Source of the DNA: Octopus vulgaris
Lineage: Eukaryota
Assembly: GCA_951406725.2 (NCBI GenBank)
Contig: OX597831.1
Location: forward strand, 51,708,001 to 51,772,000
DNA: 64,000 nt
Direction: 5' to 3'
In this document: positions 12,145 to 24,447 of the stretch, in pieces
Numbering within the stretch: the stretch's first letter is position 1
How the letters are laid out: every line of letters begins with the position of its first letter
The notes under the pieces: model-generated
What the model was told of the DNA's origin: nothing
The model's input: the letters and a program-made list of their open reading frames with translations, nothing else
Database searches by the model: none
Made by a program: the position numbers and the translations under genes

Positions 12145-12555
12145 GTGTGAATGAACAAGCTGTGTGTGTGTGTGTGGTGTGAAGGAACCAGCTGTGTATG
12201 TGTGTGTGTGTGTGTGTGGTGTGAATGAACAAGCTGTGTGTGTGTGGTGTGAAGGAACCAGCTGTGTATGTGTGTGTGTGTGTGTGTGGTGTGAATGAAC
12301 AAGCTGTGTGTGTGTGGTGTGAAGGAACCAGCTGTGTATGTGTGTGTGTGTGTGTATGTGTGTGTGGTGTGAATGAACAAACTGTGTGTGTGTGTGTGTG
12401 GTGTGAAATAAAGCAACTGTGTGTATGTGTGAGCATGCGTGTGTGCGTGTGTGTGTGTGTTTATGGCGTGAATGAACCAGCTAAGATGTGTGTGTGTGTG
12501 TGTGTATGTGTGTGTATGTGTGTGCGTGTTTGTGGTGGGAACGAACCAGCTAATG
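11275..12555. repeat. Minisatellite ggtgtgaa(t/g)gaac(c/a)agct(gt)n with alternating dimer structure
   Basis: An ~18-bp constant core is repeated more than 30 times and separated by variable (TG)n. Confidence 0.95.
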
Positions 12556-13044
12556 TGTGTTACGTGTGTGAAAGGTGAACGAGACAAGGGAGGCCAACAA
12601 GGGGAAAGAGTACAGAGAGGAAATAGAGAGTACGTGGGTAGAGCTGTGTGCGCGTGCATATGCTTTTTTTTTTTAAGTGTACGCGTATAAGTAATGAGTC
12701 AAGCAACCCTGTTGAGGTTTCCTGGTTGGCTTTGATGGTGCTAACAAGCCATGACGAAATTCTGAAATATGTTGCTGGTGGTAAGTGGCCGGGGGTGGCT
12801 TAACTAAACTAAATAAATAAATAAATCTTTTGGTGGAATTCTTAAATCTCAACTCGAAAATGATGGCAACTTCTCTCCTCATCATCAATTCGTCAAAGAG
12901 TCTACTTACTTCAGTCCTGCTGATTTACAAATGACGATTAAGCCAGAAACTAATTACTTCCCCATTTTCAACGCGACAGCATACAACGCACACATATCCG
13001 CCCGTGCACATACAATATATGTATATATATGTATATATGTAAAT

Positions 13045-13330
13045 GTAAAAAAATACAAACTGGGACAAGAACATGAAACATTTAGAAGACGATACAAAAA
13101 AACACGGACGGGACATTCGAAGTTTTCAATCTTCAGTCAAGAACCGGATCATCTTCGCAATTTCGGTTGATTAATCTTGAGATTGCTCCGATCTGGCCAG
13201 CTCCAAAGGAAAATCTAAGCCAAGCGCATTAGATTCCTTGGAAGAAAGCCTCGAATGTATACAAAACAAGGACGGAAAAACGGACGATGTTACACGAGTA
13301 AACATACAAAAATACGTAAAAACAATAATG
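13045..13330. mobile_element. Unclassified (TA)n-adjacent repeat, possibly derived from a Penelope pLTR
   Basis: Starts beside a TA tract and has A-rich blocks like families E/F. Only one copy is present here, so this is an inference. Confidence 0.3.
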
Positions 13331-13662
13331 ATAGCACGAATAAGAATACAAAAATATGTAAAAACAATAATGATAATAATAATAGTTGTTCAAACGATGA
13401 ATAGATTTGGGTAAACTATTGGTTCGTTTTGTTCTCTTACTTTATTATCATCTTATAATCATGTCATAATAATGACCTTTATGACTCGTATTACTACCTC
13501 AGTCAATTTAAATGTATATATTTGTCGCTACCTGTCATAAATAGCCTTTTTCTATTTGCAATATGCATTTTCGTTGATTTTTCATATTTTACCCTTACAT
13601 TTCCACGTGTATTTTATATTTTCTTTTCGTAACATATTTCTTCTATATATATATATATATAT

Positions 13663-14145
13663 AAAGTTAATCCGAACATGAAAATACAAAGGGAAAACAC
13701 AACAACGCGAGGACGTGCAACAAGTATAGTGTTATTGGACCCTCAGGAAAGGAAAGAAAGGAGGATTTAACGTTTCAAGCGGAGCTCTTCGTCAGAAACA
13801 TAGAAAAAGGAAAGATCCAAGTAAGGGAAGACGGAGGAAAAGTGGAAGTAGAAGAAGAAAGGTAAAAAGAGGACGAGAAAAAGTGGAAGAGTCGCGGACA
13901 ATTTTTTTTTGATTTCCAATCACGATTACAGTGGCGTACTCCGGATGAATGGTAACAGTAATCCGTTGGTGTACAAATCCAGGAATTGGTTATCCAAGTC
14001 AGTCAGAAGGCCGGGGTCCGTGTGAGCGTGCGGTATATAAAGTTAATCCAAACATGAAAACACAAAGGAAAAACACAACAACGCGAGGATGTGGAACAAG
14101 TATAGTGTCATTGGACGCTCAGGAAGGAAAGAAAGAAGGAGGACT

Positions 14146-14146
<1 letters not shown>
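13663..14146 (-). mobile_element. Family E hammerhead-bearing element in partial tandem (pLTR-like repeat, internal ~190 bp, repeat with HHR)
   Basis: 14038-14146 is a direct repeat of 13663-13768. HHR motif at 13765-13799 on the - strand. Flanked by (TA)n on both sides. Confidence 0.75.
13765..13799 (-). ncRNA. Minimal type I hammerhead motif
   Basis: Minus strand gtttCTGACGAa-GAGC-tcc-GCTT-GAAACGTT^aaat. Confidence 0.7.
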
Positions 14147-14185
<39 letters not shown>

Positions 14186-14186
<1 letters not shown>

Positions 14187-15380
14187 TCGGTTGTCCAGGA
14201 AGTTCTGAGCGTTTTAAAGCTAAATCTTTTAACACTTCATTGAACACACCTGAAACGTAACACAGTTAAAACTTTGGTGTTGCCTGAAGTGGTAGCGCGT
14301 CTCTTCTTTGTTCCTGACTAAAACTAGATTTATCTTTCATTCCACTTACCCTTTATTGACATTTGAAATGGATAACCAAAAATTTCATATTCACGTCGTA
14401 ATGCTTTTATTTCTAAAAAAAAAAAAAAGTGGGGAAAGTGGTGCTGCAAAGACTTGCAAAAACATTTGTGAAGTTTATGGTGATGATGCTGTTGGTGAAT
14501 CAACAGTTCGAAGGTGGTTTGCAAAATTTGAAGATGGAGAGTTTAGCTTGGAAGATGACAGTCGCAGTGGAAAACCGTCAAAATTGGATGACAATGTTTT
14601 GAAGGCAAAAATCGAAAACTAAAATACCATGATTACAGAACTTGCAGAGGAGTTGGAAATTTCCAAAAGTACGGTCTATGAACATCCAGTGAAGCTAGGA
14701 TACATTTCTCGCTATAATGTATAGATTCCTCACAAACTCTCAGAAAAAAATTTCTTGGACCGGTGTTCCGTTTGTGACATGCTTTTGAAACGGAATGAAA
14801 GCATGTCTTTTCTGAAACAACTTGTGACTGGAGATGAAAAATGAATTGTGTATGAAAACGTAGTGTAAAAAACATCTTGGAGTTTGCGTAAGGATCCCCC
14901 AAAAGAGCAACCAAAGACAAATATCCATGCCAAAAAAGCCATGCTTTGTGTTTGGTGGGATCACATAGGCATTATTTATTATGAGCTTCTCGCACAAAAC
15001 CAGACCATTAATTCTGATGTGTACTGTCGTTAGCTGGCTTATTTGAGCCAAAAAACCCCAAAGAACTGAGGCCGGAGATTACCAACAGGAAATGGGTAGT
15101 GTTCCAGCAAGGCAATGCCCGACCACATGTGTCTTTGGCTACCCGAACAAAGTTACATGAATTTGGCTTGGATCTCTTACCCCAGCCACCATATTCTCCT
15201 GATATTATGCCATCCGACTACTTGGTTTTGTCTCTTCAGAATTCATAACAAGGAAAAACATTTAGCGATTTAGATGGAGTCAAAGTGCATCTAGATAACT
15301 TTCTTCAAAACCAGTCAACTTTTATGCTGATGGAATATTTAAAGTGCTTGATAGATGGGCAAAGGTCATTAATAGTAATT
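14186..15380 (+). pseudogene. mariner transposase pseudogene (ATG 14368) with 5' TIR remnant at 14186
   Basis: Translates to ICEVYGDDAVGESTVRRWFAKFEDGEFSLEDDSRSGKP, IPHKLSE, LVTGDEK, KAMLCVWWD..GIIYYELL, FQQGNARPH, QPPYSPDIMPSDY and RWAKVI. Multiple stops and frameshifts. Confidence 0.93.
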
Positions 15381-15769
15381 GTCTCTGCAGGCCATGGCCT
15401 CGTAGTCTCCGTTGCAGCAGTCCATGTCAAGTCATACAGGCTTTACAGTGCTCACAGATCATTGTGTAGCAGTCATGTTATCAGCATTTTGATATCCATC
15501 GCGATGCATCATGACACTGGTAACTCTTTTCCAATATTTAGATGACTGCCAGTCCTCCATGTCAGCTAACTTTTTTTTTCAACTACAACTTTAATCTTTA
15601 TGCTCTCCAGCGCCGTCGACTGTTCCCCCAATACATCGTGCCGTTCCCGAAAAAAAAAGGAGACATAGAAGATAGTCAAATTTATCCCGAACTCCCTGTA
15701 TATGATTGATTTTAACGTTGTTTAGGAGTGAATTGTATGTGAACATCACACTTTGGGACATCCCACTGC

Positions 15770-16110
15770 CTCCAGTCCTTGTTGTGGTGTGGAGGCGTGT
15801 GTGCCTCACTGGACCTGAGAGCTATGCCAGTAGAGTTCAAGTTCTGTAGGGCCTTCCGCGCTTGATAGATCAAAGGACAGAGGCCAGACAATTATGGATC
15901 GCCAGAGGTTAAAATGGGTTTGTGTAGGGCCAACACTCCCAGCTAGAAAAGCAATGTTACAGAAAAGTAATGTTACGGAAACATCGATGATAAGTCAAAG
16001 ACAACAATATCTGGGAAAGGCAAAATACAGTCCAGAGTTAAGGACAGTAGAGATAAGTCGTCGATGGTCTATGCTCCATAAGGAGCGGAGGGCGTAGGTG
16101 AAGTAAGTAA
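15770..16110 (+). mobile_element. Putative RTE-derived bipartite element (5'UTR-like head joined to RTE 3' end)
   Basis: ccttgttgtggtgtggaggcgtgtgtgcctcactggacctgagagctatgcc resembles RTE 5'UTRs. It ends ggtctatgctccataaggag...aagtaagtaa, which resembles RTE tails. Recognised from memory, not from a search. Confidence 0.45.
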
Positions 16111-16159
16111 ACTTTGAGACATTAAGATAGGATAATGATCCTTCCTGAGTCATATGAAA

Positions 16160-16377
16160 TAATAGGACCGGTTTCCTGATTTCCGTAGCGTATATATTTC
16201 CAACCTGGATGGCACTCCAGTCCGTCTCAGGACTACTAATTTTTTTCCAGCTGAGTGGAGTAACGTGAAATGAAGTGTTTTGCTCAAGCACGCAACGTGT
16301 CGCCAGGTCCAGGAATCGAAACGCCAGTTTACGATCATGAGTCCAACATCCTAACCACTAAGCCACGCACCTCTACA
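16160..16377 (-). mobile_element. tRNA-derived SINE family D (older copy)
   Basis: Similar to the copy at 16875-17138. Confidence 0.75.
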
Positions 16378-16874
16378 TTGAGACACTAATGGGCAATAAT
16401 TTACGACCCAAAATAAAGTTGCCGACACGATTCTCACATAAAAGTGCCCACCTAACTAACCATTTGTTTTCCATAGTTTCTCATACCCAGGTTCGGTGTT
16501 ACGCATTTGTGAAACTGTGCGATCGCTTGAGGGCACTTAAATCGTTGGGCGTCACATAATTTACGTAAAATTTTGCCATCCAATTAAAAACATGAAACCT
16601 AGAAATAAATAGAGCAGATAAATGTCATTTCTGAAACAAAGTAGGATGGAGAACATGAATGGATATGGAGGTGGTGTGAGAGGCTCATGTGGTGTAATGA
16701 CCTGGCGTGGAACATTTCAAATTACAGAAAACCCACTTTTTGTCTGCGAGGGCTTATATGCCGCAATATCAGACTATTTTCTTTAGTCAATATGTGGTGA
16801 TCGCTTATATGCTTTAAGCTTTTAAAAATTTTTATTCAAAATTATGTCCTATAATAGATTTTACTCAGCGATAT

Positions 16875-17138
16875 AATAAAATAAATAAATGCGCCCTTTT
16901 AAAGCCTAGCCAGGCTCATGGGCCCGGTTTACCGGTTTCAGTGGCGTATGTGCTTCCCAGCAGGATGGGACGCCAGACCATCGCAGCGTTACTCATTTTT
17001 GCCAGCTGAGTGAACTGGAGCAACGTGAAATGAAGTGTTTTGCTCAAGAACACAACGCGCCGCCCGGTCCAAGAATCGAAACCACAATCTTACGATCATG
17101 ATGCTAACACCCTAACCACTAAGCCACGCGCCACCACT
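16875..17138 (-). mobile_element. tRNA-derived SINE family D, full length
   Basis: Minus strand GGCGCGTGGCTTAGTGGTTAGGG...GGTTTCGATTC head, CTTGAGCAAAACACTTCA body and (ATTT)n tail. Further fragments at ~4465-4540, 42630-42925, 44515-44680 and 50270-50395. Confidence 0.85.
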
Positions 17139-17364
17139 ATACTCAGTGATATACATGATCATAAAACTATATGTACATGGCCATAAAAATAGATTTCTTG
17201 TTGGTAAATTTATTAAAATTTTTCGACTACGTTTTCTTGCTGCTGTAATGAGTGTGATGGCTGGTAGACTTAAAATAAGTTGGAAAAGGAGACTGTCTTT
17301 GTAGGACTGGAAGTGGGAGTATTTTTTAGGGCTGGCCTGGGAAGCTGAAAACCCCTGTGTCAGC

Positions 17365-17531
17365 CAAGGCTGTTTTAGCAGCGTTTTAAGCTTCCAGGTA
17401 AATCAATGCGCTGGGCCTTGTAGTATTATTAATTGACAGTAAGCCACAACATCCATGGATCAGAATTGGTTCCTTAGACCCGTGAGACCCCTCGGCAACT
17501 ACCCAGTGTGTCTCTGCTTAAAACGGCACTG
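17365..17531. mobile_element. hAT-like MITE (CAGGGCTGTCTTA...TAAGACGGCCCTG family)
   Basis: Homologous to 33344-33504 and 42652-42835. Confidence 0.6.
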
Positions 17532-17949
17532 GCACCAGCCCTACGCATACACTATTTCCTCTAAAGTTTTATTCAAATGGTTTTTCTGAACATTTGTACT
17601 ATTTTGCATTTTTTCAAACAAATTGATAAAACCCAAAAACATTACAATTAAGGATAATCGACATGCGACAATTCAGACAGAATTTAGATGTTGGTCAATT
17701 TACAATCTGAGCAAGCAGGAGAAGATATGATGCAACCGTTGCACTGCGATATTGTTAATGTGAATAGTGCATGTCATTTTACAACTATCATAGAGAGAAA
17801 GAGAAAAAAACCCACTTAACGTCGTCGGATCCTTTTAAGTTTCATAAATATAATCAGAAAAGAACCGGTGAGGATAAATGGAATTTGCTTCTGGGGTAAA
17901 AAAATAAAAATAAAAATAAAAATAAAAAAGTGATTGCATCATGCATACA

Positions 17950-19100
17950 GAACATTAGAAGGAAAAATCTTTAAAAACAAATATCCAATCTTACAATCGA
18001 TTAATAAGAAAATGTGCGCGAAATGCTAAGCTTAACCAATACGCGACTCGATTATCTCAACACACACGCGCACGCGCGCGTGCATGACGTGGTGAACTAC
18101 CAACGAAATTCTAAATAGAAAATCGAAACCAAATATTCCTACTGATTATTGGTGATGATTGAGAGAGTGAAGATCGAAATCAAATTACCAAATTGCCGAA
18201 CACTTTAACAGATATTTTCTTGTATAAAACACACTTTTGCAAACGTGCTCAATTTCTCCTCAAATGTCTTTCGCAAATTTTTTTTTTTTTTAGACAAAGA
18301 GCTTTCTATTTCTGTAGAAGAAAATACAAAAAAATAATAATTTGAAAGTGAAACACAGTTTTGGCTCTGATGCTACCCCTATATGTTTTCACCAGTCCTT
18401 AAAGATACACCAACTGAGGCTCCGTGTTTATTCAATAACCAATCTATCCAAATTTGTGTTTTCGTGATCCATCAAAACTCGTTAAAGTTATTCCCACACA
18501 CACAAAAAAATCCTTTTCGAACTATCAACGGATTTCTTTACTGCCAAGTGAATCTAAATTATTCAAAACACTATATTTATTTCTGAACGAGAACGACACA
18601 ATTCACAGACGCTAGTATTATTTTCAGAGAATTCATTCCACAACATATACAACCATAGAATTGATAGAACCAATTTTATAGAAAATAACTGAGAAAAAAA
18701 AAAAAAAAGACAAAAAAATCACCTTTCAGAATATACTTGGACTTGTCAAAAGCTTTCGACAAAAAGCTATCAACCAGAGAGTTGATGGAACCAATTTTAT
18801 CTGAGATAATTGAAAAAAAGTACCCTTCAAAATATTCTTTTGACCTTTCAAAAGCTTTCGAAACATTTGATCATGATAGTCTGTTCTTTAAAATACATCA
18901 TTATGGAATTAAAAACGTTTCAAAGTTACTTTAGTAATTGGTATCAATTATTTAGCTGCATTCTTCCATTGGTGTTCCTCAAGACTCTATTCTAGAACTT
19001 TTTCTATTTGTTACTAATTTGAACGACAGCTACAGTCTCAAAATTGTATTATTTCATTCAAATATACAGATGACACATCACTGATTTCCTCTTCTGCACT
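17950..19100 (+). pseudogene. Highly decayed CR1/L2-like LINE reverse transcriptase
   Basis: IAEHFNRYF, LDLSKAFD (locally duplicated), DLSKAFETFDHDSLFFKIHHYGI, GVPQDSIL and YTDDTS (YADD-like) occur in the correct order. Confidence 0.75.
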
Positions 19101-19133
19101 TTTAGTTCTGGTTCATATACTTATAGTATAAAC

Positions 19134-20065
19134 CAGATGTTCCCAAACTTTTTCGCATTACGAACCAGTTTCATCCAAGTATTATGCGCATAAGAACTCG
19201 CATTAAGGTGCATCATACATAATTTAATTGTTACATATATAATGCAAATGTAATTATTATATTGTGTATTATGCATTTTATTTATACTATTATTGCATTG
19301 CAATGTATATAATACAACCAAGACGGCGAGCTGGTAGAATCGTTAGCTCGCCGGGGATAATGTTTTTGTGGCGTCTCGTCTGTCTTTACGTTCCGAGTTC
19401 AAATTCACTGAGGTCGACTTTGCCTTTCATTCTTTCGGGATCGATAAAATAAGTGCCAGTTGAATAGCACTGGGGTCGATGTAATCGATTTACCCCTCCT
19501 CCCAAATTACTGACCTTGTGCCATAATTTGAAGCCAATATATATAATTTTTTCTACTCTAGGCACAAGGCCCAAAATTTTGGGGGAGGGGCCAGTCGATT
19601 AGGTCGATCCAGTACGCAACTGGTACTTAATTTATCGACCCCGAAAGGATGAAAAGCAAAGTCGACCTCGGCGGAATTTGAACTCAGAACGTAAAGACTA
19701 ATGAAATATTTCTTTCTTTACTACCCACAAGGGGCTAAACACAGAGGGGACAAACAAGAATAGACAAACGGATTAAGTCGATTATATCGACCTCAGTGCG
19801 TAACTGGTACTTATTTAATCGACCCCGAAAGGATGAAAGGCAAAGTCGGCCTCGGCGGATTTTGAACTCAGAACGTAGCGGCACACGAAATACCTCTAAG
19901 CATTTCGCCCGACGTGCTAACGTTTCTGCCATCTCGCCGCCTTAAACCAATATATATATATATAACACAACTCATAATTTAAAATGTTATTCTCTCTGTG
20001 CGGCCCGGTACCAAATGATCAACAACCTGGTACTGGACTGCGGCCCGGTGGTCCGGAGACCCTTG
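19134..20065. mobile_element. hAT (Charlie-like) MITE with three nested SINE B copies (19320-19535 +, 19550-19700 -, 19708-19943 -)
   Basis: Termini CAGATGTTCCCAAAC ... GGTCCGGAGACCCTTG with an 8-bp TSD gtataaac/gtataagc. Confidence 0.75.
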
Positions 20066-20892
20066 GTATAAGCTATGAACTCTTAAATATATCAACGGAA
20101 GATAAGCTTTCACTCAGCGTCTCAAACATATAATACATGCTCTTTCATCAGCACGAACAAAGATTTTTCGGAATCATTGCTGCTACTTGTGTTTCACGTC
20201 ATTAACTAGAATAAATTCATTCTTTTAAATTTCAAGAACTCATCATTGCTAAGAATCTTGAATTGAAAACTGTACATTTATCTAACCTACAGACAAATAC
20301 TAATGTATCTGGTGGTAGACATTATTAACTTCTGGTGATAGTGTGTAATAGGGTTTCTCTGGATGATTAGCGAAGACAGCAGTAGTAAAAGCCATTTGTT
20401 GCTGTGGAGATACGAGTAGTAGTGAAACTGGTTTTGTTTCTCATTTCGACTTGTTATGTCTTGAGATGGCTCCCCTACCCATCTACTCCCAGACTACCGT
20501 TAATACCACCGCCATCACTACTACTACTACTACTACCAGCAGCACCGCCGAAGTCCTTCTCGCAACCACTGCCTCCCTCATTGTTTCTATTACTATACCC
20601 ATCCCCCACAACCGTCCAGTTTTCCATGAAAAGCGAGACCGTGTTGTAAGTGTGTTTATTTGTGTGTGTGTGTCTATCTTTCTCTCTTTCTCTCTTTCTC
20701 CCCACTATCTCTCTCTCTTTATTTATTTACAAACATGGTTGTGTGGTTAAGAAGTTCACTTTGCAATGACATACGTTCAGGTTCAGTCCCTTTGTGTGGC
20801 ACCTTGGGCAAGTGTCTTCTACTATAGCCTCGGGCCAACAAATGTTTTGTGCGTGCACTTGGTAGGTGGTAATTGTGAGAGGCCTGTCTTCT

Positions 20893-20923
<31 letters not shown>

Positions 20924-21112
20924 TGTGTGTGTGTGTGTACGTGTGTGTGTGTACATGTGTGTGCGTGTTTATATCTGTGTTTGTCCCCACCATATTGCAT
21001 GACAACCGGTGTCGGTTTAGTCTATGTCCCGTTAATCTAGTAGTTCGGTAAAAGATACCGATAGAATAAGTACCTGACTTAGAAAGTAAGTACCTGGGGC
21101 CCAATCCATTCG

Positions 21113-21714
21113 GGATCTAGTCTTTTTCATTCGCAAAATGAGTCTCCCCCCCACGCCTTTAATTTTGCTCAGATTGCTTCCAATTTTGATGTATCGATGC
21201 AATTCTGAATTTTTATTACGACCAGCCAATTACTTTATCTCGTAAATGAAAGAATCTGAGGTTATTTCGAACTAAAGTTGGGAAATTTGGGTAATTTTAG
21301 CCAATCAGCAAACAGCGAGACATTAACAAATTGTTACCATGACAACCGCACATTGTGTTGTGTTCCACCCGCATGTTGTGTTTTGTTTTTATAAAAGTTT
21401 ATATTTAGTAATTAGAATTTTATTATAGATATTTTTCGTTAATTGTCTTAATATTTTACATATTTTTTTATATATAGAAAAAAGTTGTTTGCGATGTTTA
21501 TACAGTTTCTTGGCATTATGAAGGTGAATGGAATATGTGAACTTAGTACAGATAATTTGAAATTAGGTTTGAATTCTGCATGCAAAAGCATATGATACAG
21601 GTATTCTTTCTCTTGGGACAAATTCTTTGTTGACCAGTGTTATTCTTATCGTAGTTTACAAATCCAAGCATGAAAACGTTACTCAACTTTGAAGTTTTTG
21701 AGACAGTCGCTCCT

Positions 21715-21761
<47 letters not shown>

Positions 21762-22245
21762 CACTTATATATTAATGATGTACACAAATACATGAGGGGT
21801 AATCATAATACTGAAATACGCATAAAGTAAACACAAATATATTAATATTACAAATTAAAAAAAATAATAATAAAAACCTACAATCAATGAAGAGATAAAA
21901 GAAACAGTAAGATGATACATATTGATTTTATTAGGTATTTCTGTTAATTTAGAAACCTACAATGAAGAGGTCGTTTCACTGACGCTAAACTATAAATTTC
22001 GCAGGCTACAACCTTAAAGCTGACACTGCTCCGCTAAACGCAGAAAATTTGCCTCGCTATTGGCTATGAATACAGGTTTTTTTTTTCGGTTTTTAAACCT
22101 CTGTAACATTTTCCTCCAATTTTTTTCTCCACAACATCATACCTTCATAGCAATTCGACTGAAAAACTTTATTATTATAGCCGATTTTCTGATTTTTCAC
22201 TCTTTAAAAAAATGCATGTTTTGCGAATGATAAAAAACTAGATCT
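21113..22245. mobile_element. Non-autonomous Merlin-like DNA transposon
   Basis: TIRs GGATCTAGTCTTTTTCATTCGCAAAA / TTTTGCGAATGATAAAAAACTAGATCT, with a degenerate 8-bp TSD tccattcg/ccgattcg. Confidence 0.65.
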
Positions 22246-22305
22246 CCGATTCGTTTGACTAATCTTTTCAAGGCGGTGCACCAGCATGGCAACAGTTCAT
22301 ACTGA

Positions 22306-23353
22306 GGATCTTTGTGGTTATCGTCACTATCTACAATCTTGTTCCAATTGTTTTCAAATTTGGTATATGGACTAAGTTTTGTATACTAATTGTGAAAATG
22401 AAATTCATTTCCCCTACAAATTCATAATTAGAAAGTTATTAGCCTTTAAAATTTGCAAAATCTGGATATTTTAGCCAATCAGAAGCAAGTATTTTACACA
22501 TCACCGTGAAGTTCTGTTAGCATAGTAAGCAAAGAAGCACCACGTGTTCCATAGGTGATTGCAAAGAACTCTGTTTCCATAGTAACCAAAGATGCTGCGC
22601 ATGCGCACAAGGAGTGTAAACAAAGTCTGCATACGACACAAAGTTCTTCCAGGAACCACTATCTTCAGTGACCTGTGGCGAGCTTATAATCACATCCCAG
22701 AAATCTTGGGCTATGATTTTAAACATAAATCTGTGAACCATAGCATTGAATTCATTAACTCAAATGATGGGACTCACATGCAACAAAACGAGAGTACATG
22801 GGCATCTTTAAAGCGTGGAGACAAACGTCAGTGTGGGACACACCGTTCCATGGTTGACTCTTATCTTTGTGAACTTATGTGGAGAAGGAGATATAAGAAA
22901 TATAATTTATTTTATAAAATCCTTGAGCGTATTACAAACTTCCGTTCTTGAATGTTTTAAGCTAATAAATGTCTGTTCGGAGCAATGTTTTGACTGTTAT
23001 TTCTAGCAACTCCTGTTGGTTTGCTCGTAAGTTTTAAATATTTAATTTGCTCGCGAATCTTTTAACGTTTTTCACTGTTTACTGTAGCTAGTTTAATATT
23101 TTGGCATGCCGGTGCCACCCCATCCGCACCCGCTTTCTCGCTATTGTGACAGATGATGGATGAGGCAGCGAACGCGCTGTTTTCTGATTGGCTGAAAATT
23201 CTGAAAATTATCAAACTCTGAACACCTGTAACATTTTCGCAAATTTTTGTTTTGTAATATATGAATAACAAATTTGGTTTCAGCGTCAAAAATTACATCT
23301 ATATAATTTTTCTCAAAGATTTCGACATACAATGACGATAACCGCAAAGATCC
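22306..23353 (+). mobile_element. Merlin (IS1016/ISXO2-like) DNA transposon deletion derivative
   Basis: TIRs GGATCTTTG(T/C)GGTTATCGTCA with a perfect 8-bp TSD CATACTGA (22298-305 / 23354-61). Contains a transposase C-terminus. Confidence 0.88.
22630..22951 (+). pseudogene. ISXO2/Merlin DDE transposase C-terminal fragment
   Basis: VLPGTTIFSDLWRAY...HKSVNHSIEFI...GTHMQQNESTWASLKR...YLCELMWRRR matches the Merlin SD.W..Y / H..VNH..F / HT..IE..W / YL.E..WR pattern. Confidence 0.9.
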
Positions 23354-23392
23354 CATACTGAAACAAATAAAAATAGAAAAAGATAAAAGATC

Positions 23393-23488
<96 letters not shown>

Positions 23489-23570
23489 GAAAGAGTGTGT
23501 ATCACGTGACGTTCCCTTCGTTGGTTACTGGAGATCATTAACAATTCAGCATCTTCTGAGAGCATCACAC

Positions 23571-23615
<45 letters not shown>

Positions 23616-24067
23616 CTATGTTTGTCTGTCTGCCTGTCTCTCCCCAGTAGTGCCGGAAAGCATTGATACAATCAAGGAATACCCAAGTTCTTTAGGCCCG
23701 CATTGTAGCACATTTTTATTATTCATTGCACGTCACAGTCTACGGCTACCTTCATTTTTCAGACCCTGTCATCCGTGTGAGGAGGCTAACATCTTATTAC
23801 ATTTCTCTAACAGCAGTAAACCATCAGCAGTCGTTCCTTCATTTTCTTCTCACCAGTCTCAGAGACCGTGAATAAATTATGGGCGCTGCCAATCCTTCTT
23901 TGATTAAGTCATAAAATGTGGGAGAATATATTTGCGGCTTGTGAATTGCAAAAAACAAAAAACAAAACCAACCAACCAAAAAAAAAAAAAAAAAAGCAAA
24001 AGCAAAAAAAAAATCAAAACCATTTGAAGAATTTACTGGCTTGAAGAATAAATCCTCCAGGTAAGAA

Positions 24068-24370
24068 TAGGCCGTGTGGTTAAGAAGCTCGTTTTGGAAC
24101 CACGGTGCTTCAGGTTCAGTCCCATGTCGTAGCACCTTAGTCAAGTGTCTTCTACTATAACACCGGGTCGACCAATAACCTTGTGGGTGAATTCGGTTGA
24201 TGGATGCTGTGTGGAAAACCGTCGCGTGCTCGCGCATATGTTTGTGTGTATGTGTATATAAGTATATTACATGTACTTATGTGTGTATGTATGTATATAT
24301 ATATATTATATATATATATGATTGATTGATTCTAGTTTCAGCTCATGAGCTGTGGCCATACTAGGGCACC

Positions 24371-24447
<77 letters not shown>

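Larger units (their letters stand above)
20737..23385 (+). mobile_element. SINE A split by two Merlin-type insertions
   Basis: Segments 20737-21112, 22246-22305 and 23354-23385 reassemble into the family A order. Confidence 0.75.

Noticed and set aside
9296-12555. CRISPR-like look (constant repeats with variable spacers)
   Set aside because: The spacers are only microsatellite length variants, not unique sequences; the context is eukaryotic with no cas genes.
9239-12659. Long ORFs (430, 410, 272 and 236 aa) on the minus strand
   Set aside because: They are stop-free read-throughs of (CA)/(TG)-rich minisatellites; unit lengths are not multiples of 3 and frames shift between units.
13110-13145. 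CTGAAGA on the minus strand in the 13045-13330 repeat
   Set aside because: No correctly placed stem II plus GAAA; cannot support an HHR.
20100-20155. CTGATGA...GAAA on the minus strand
   Set aside because: No stem II or stem I pairing; not a hammerhead.
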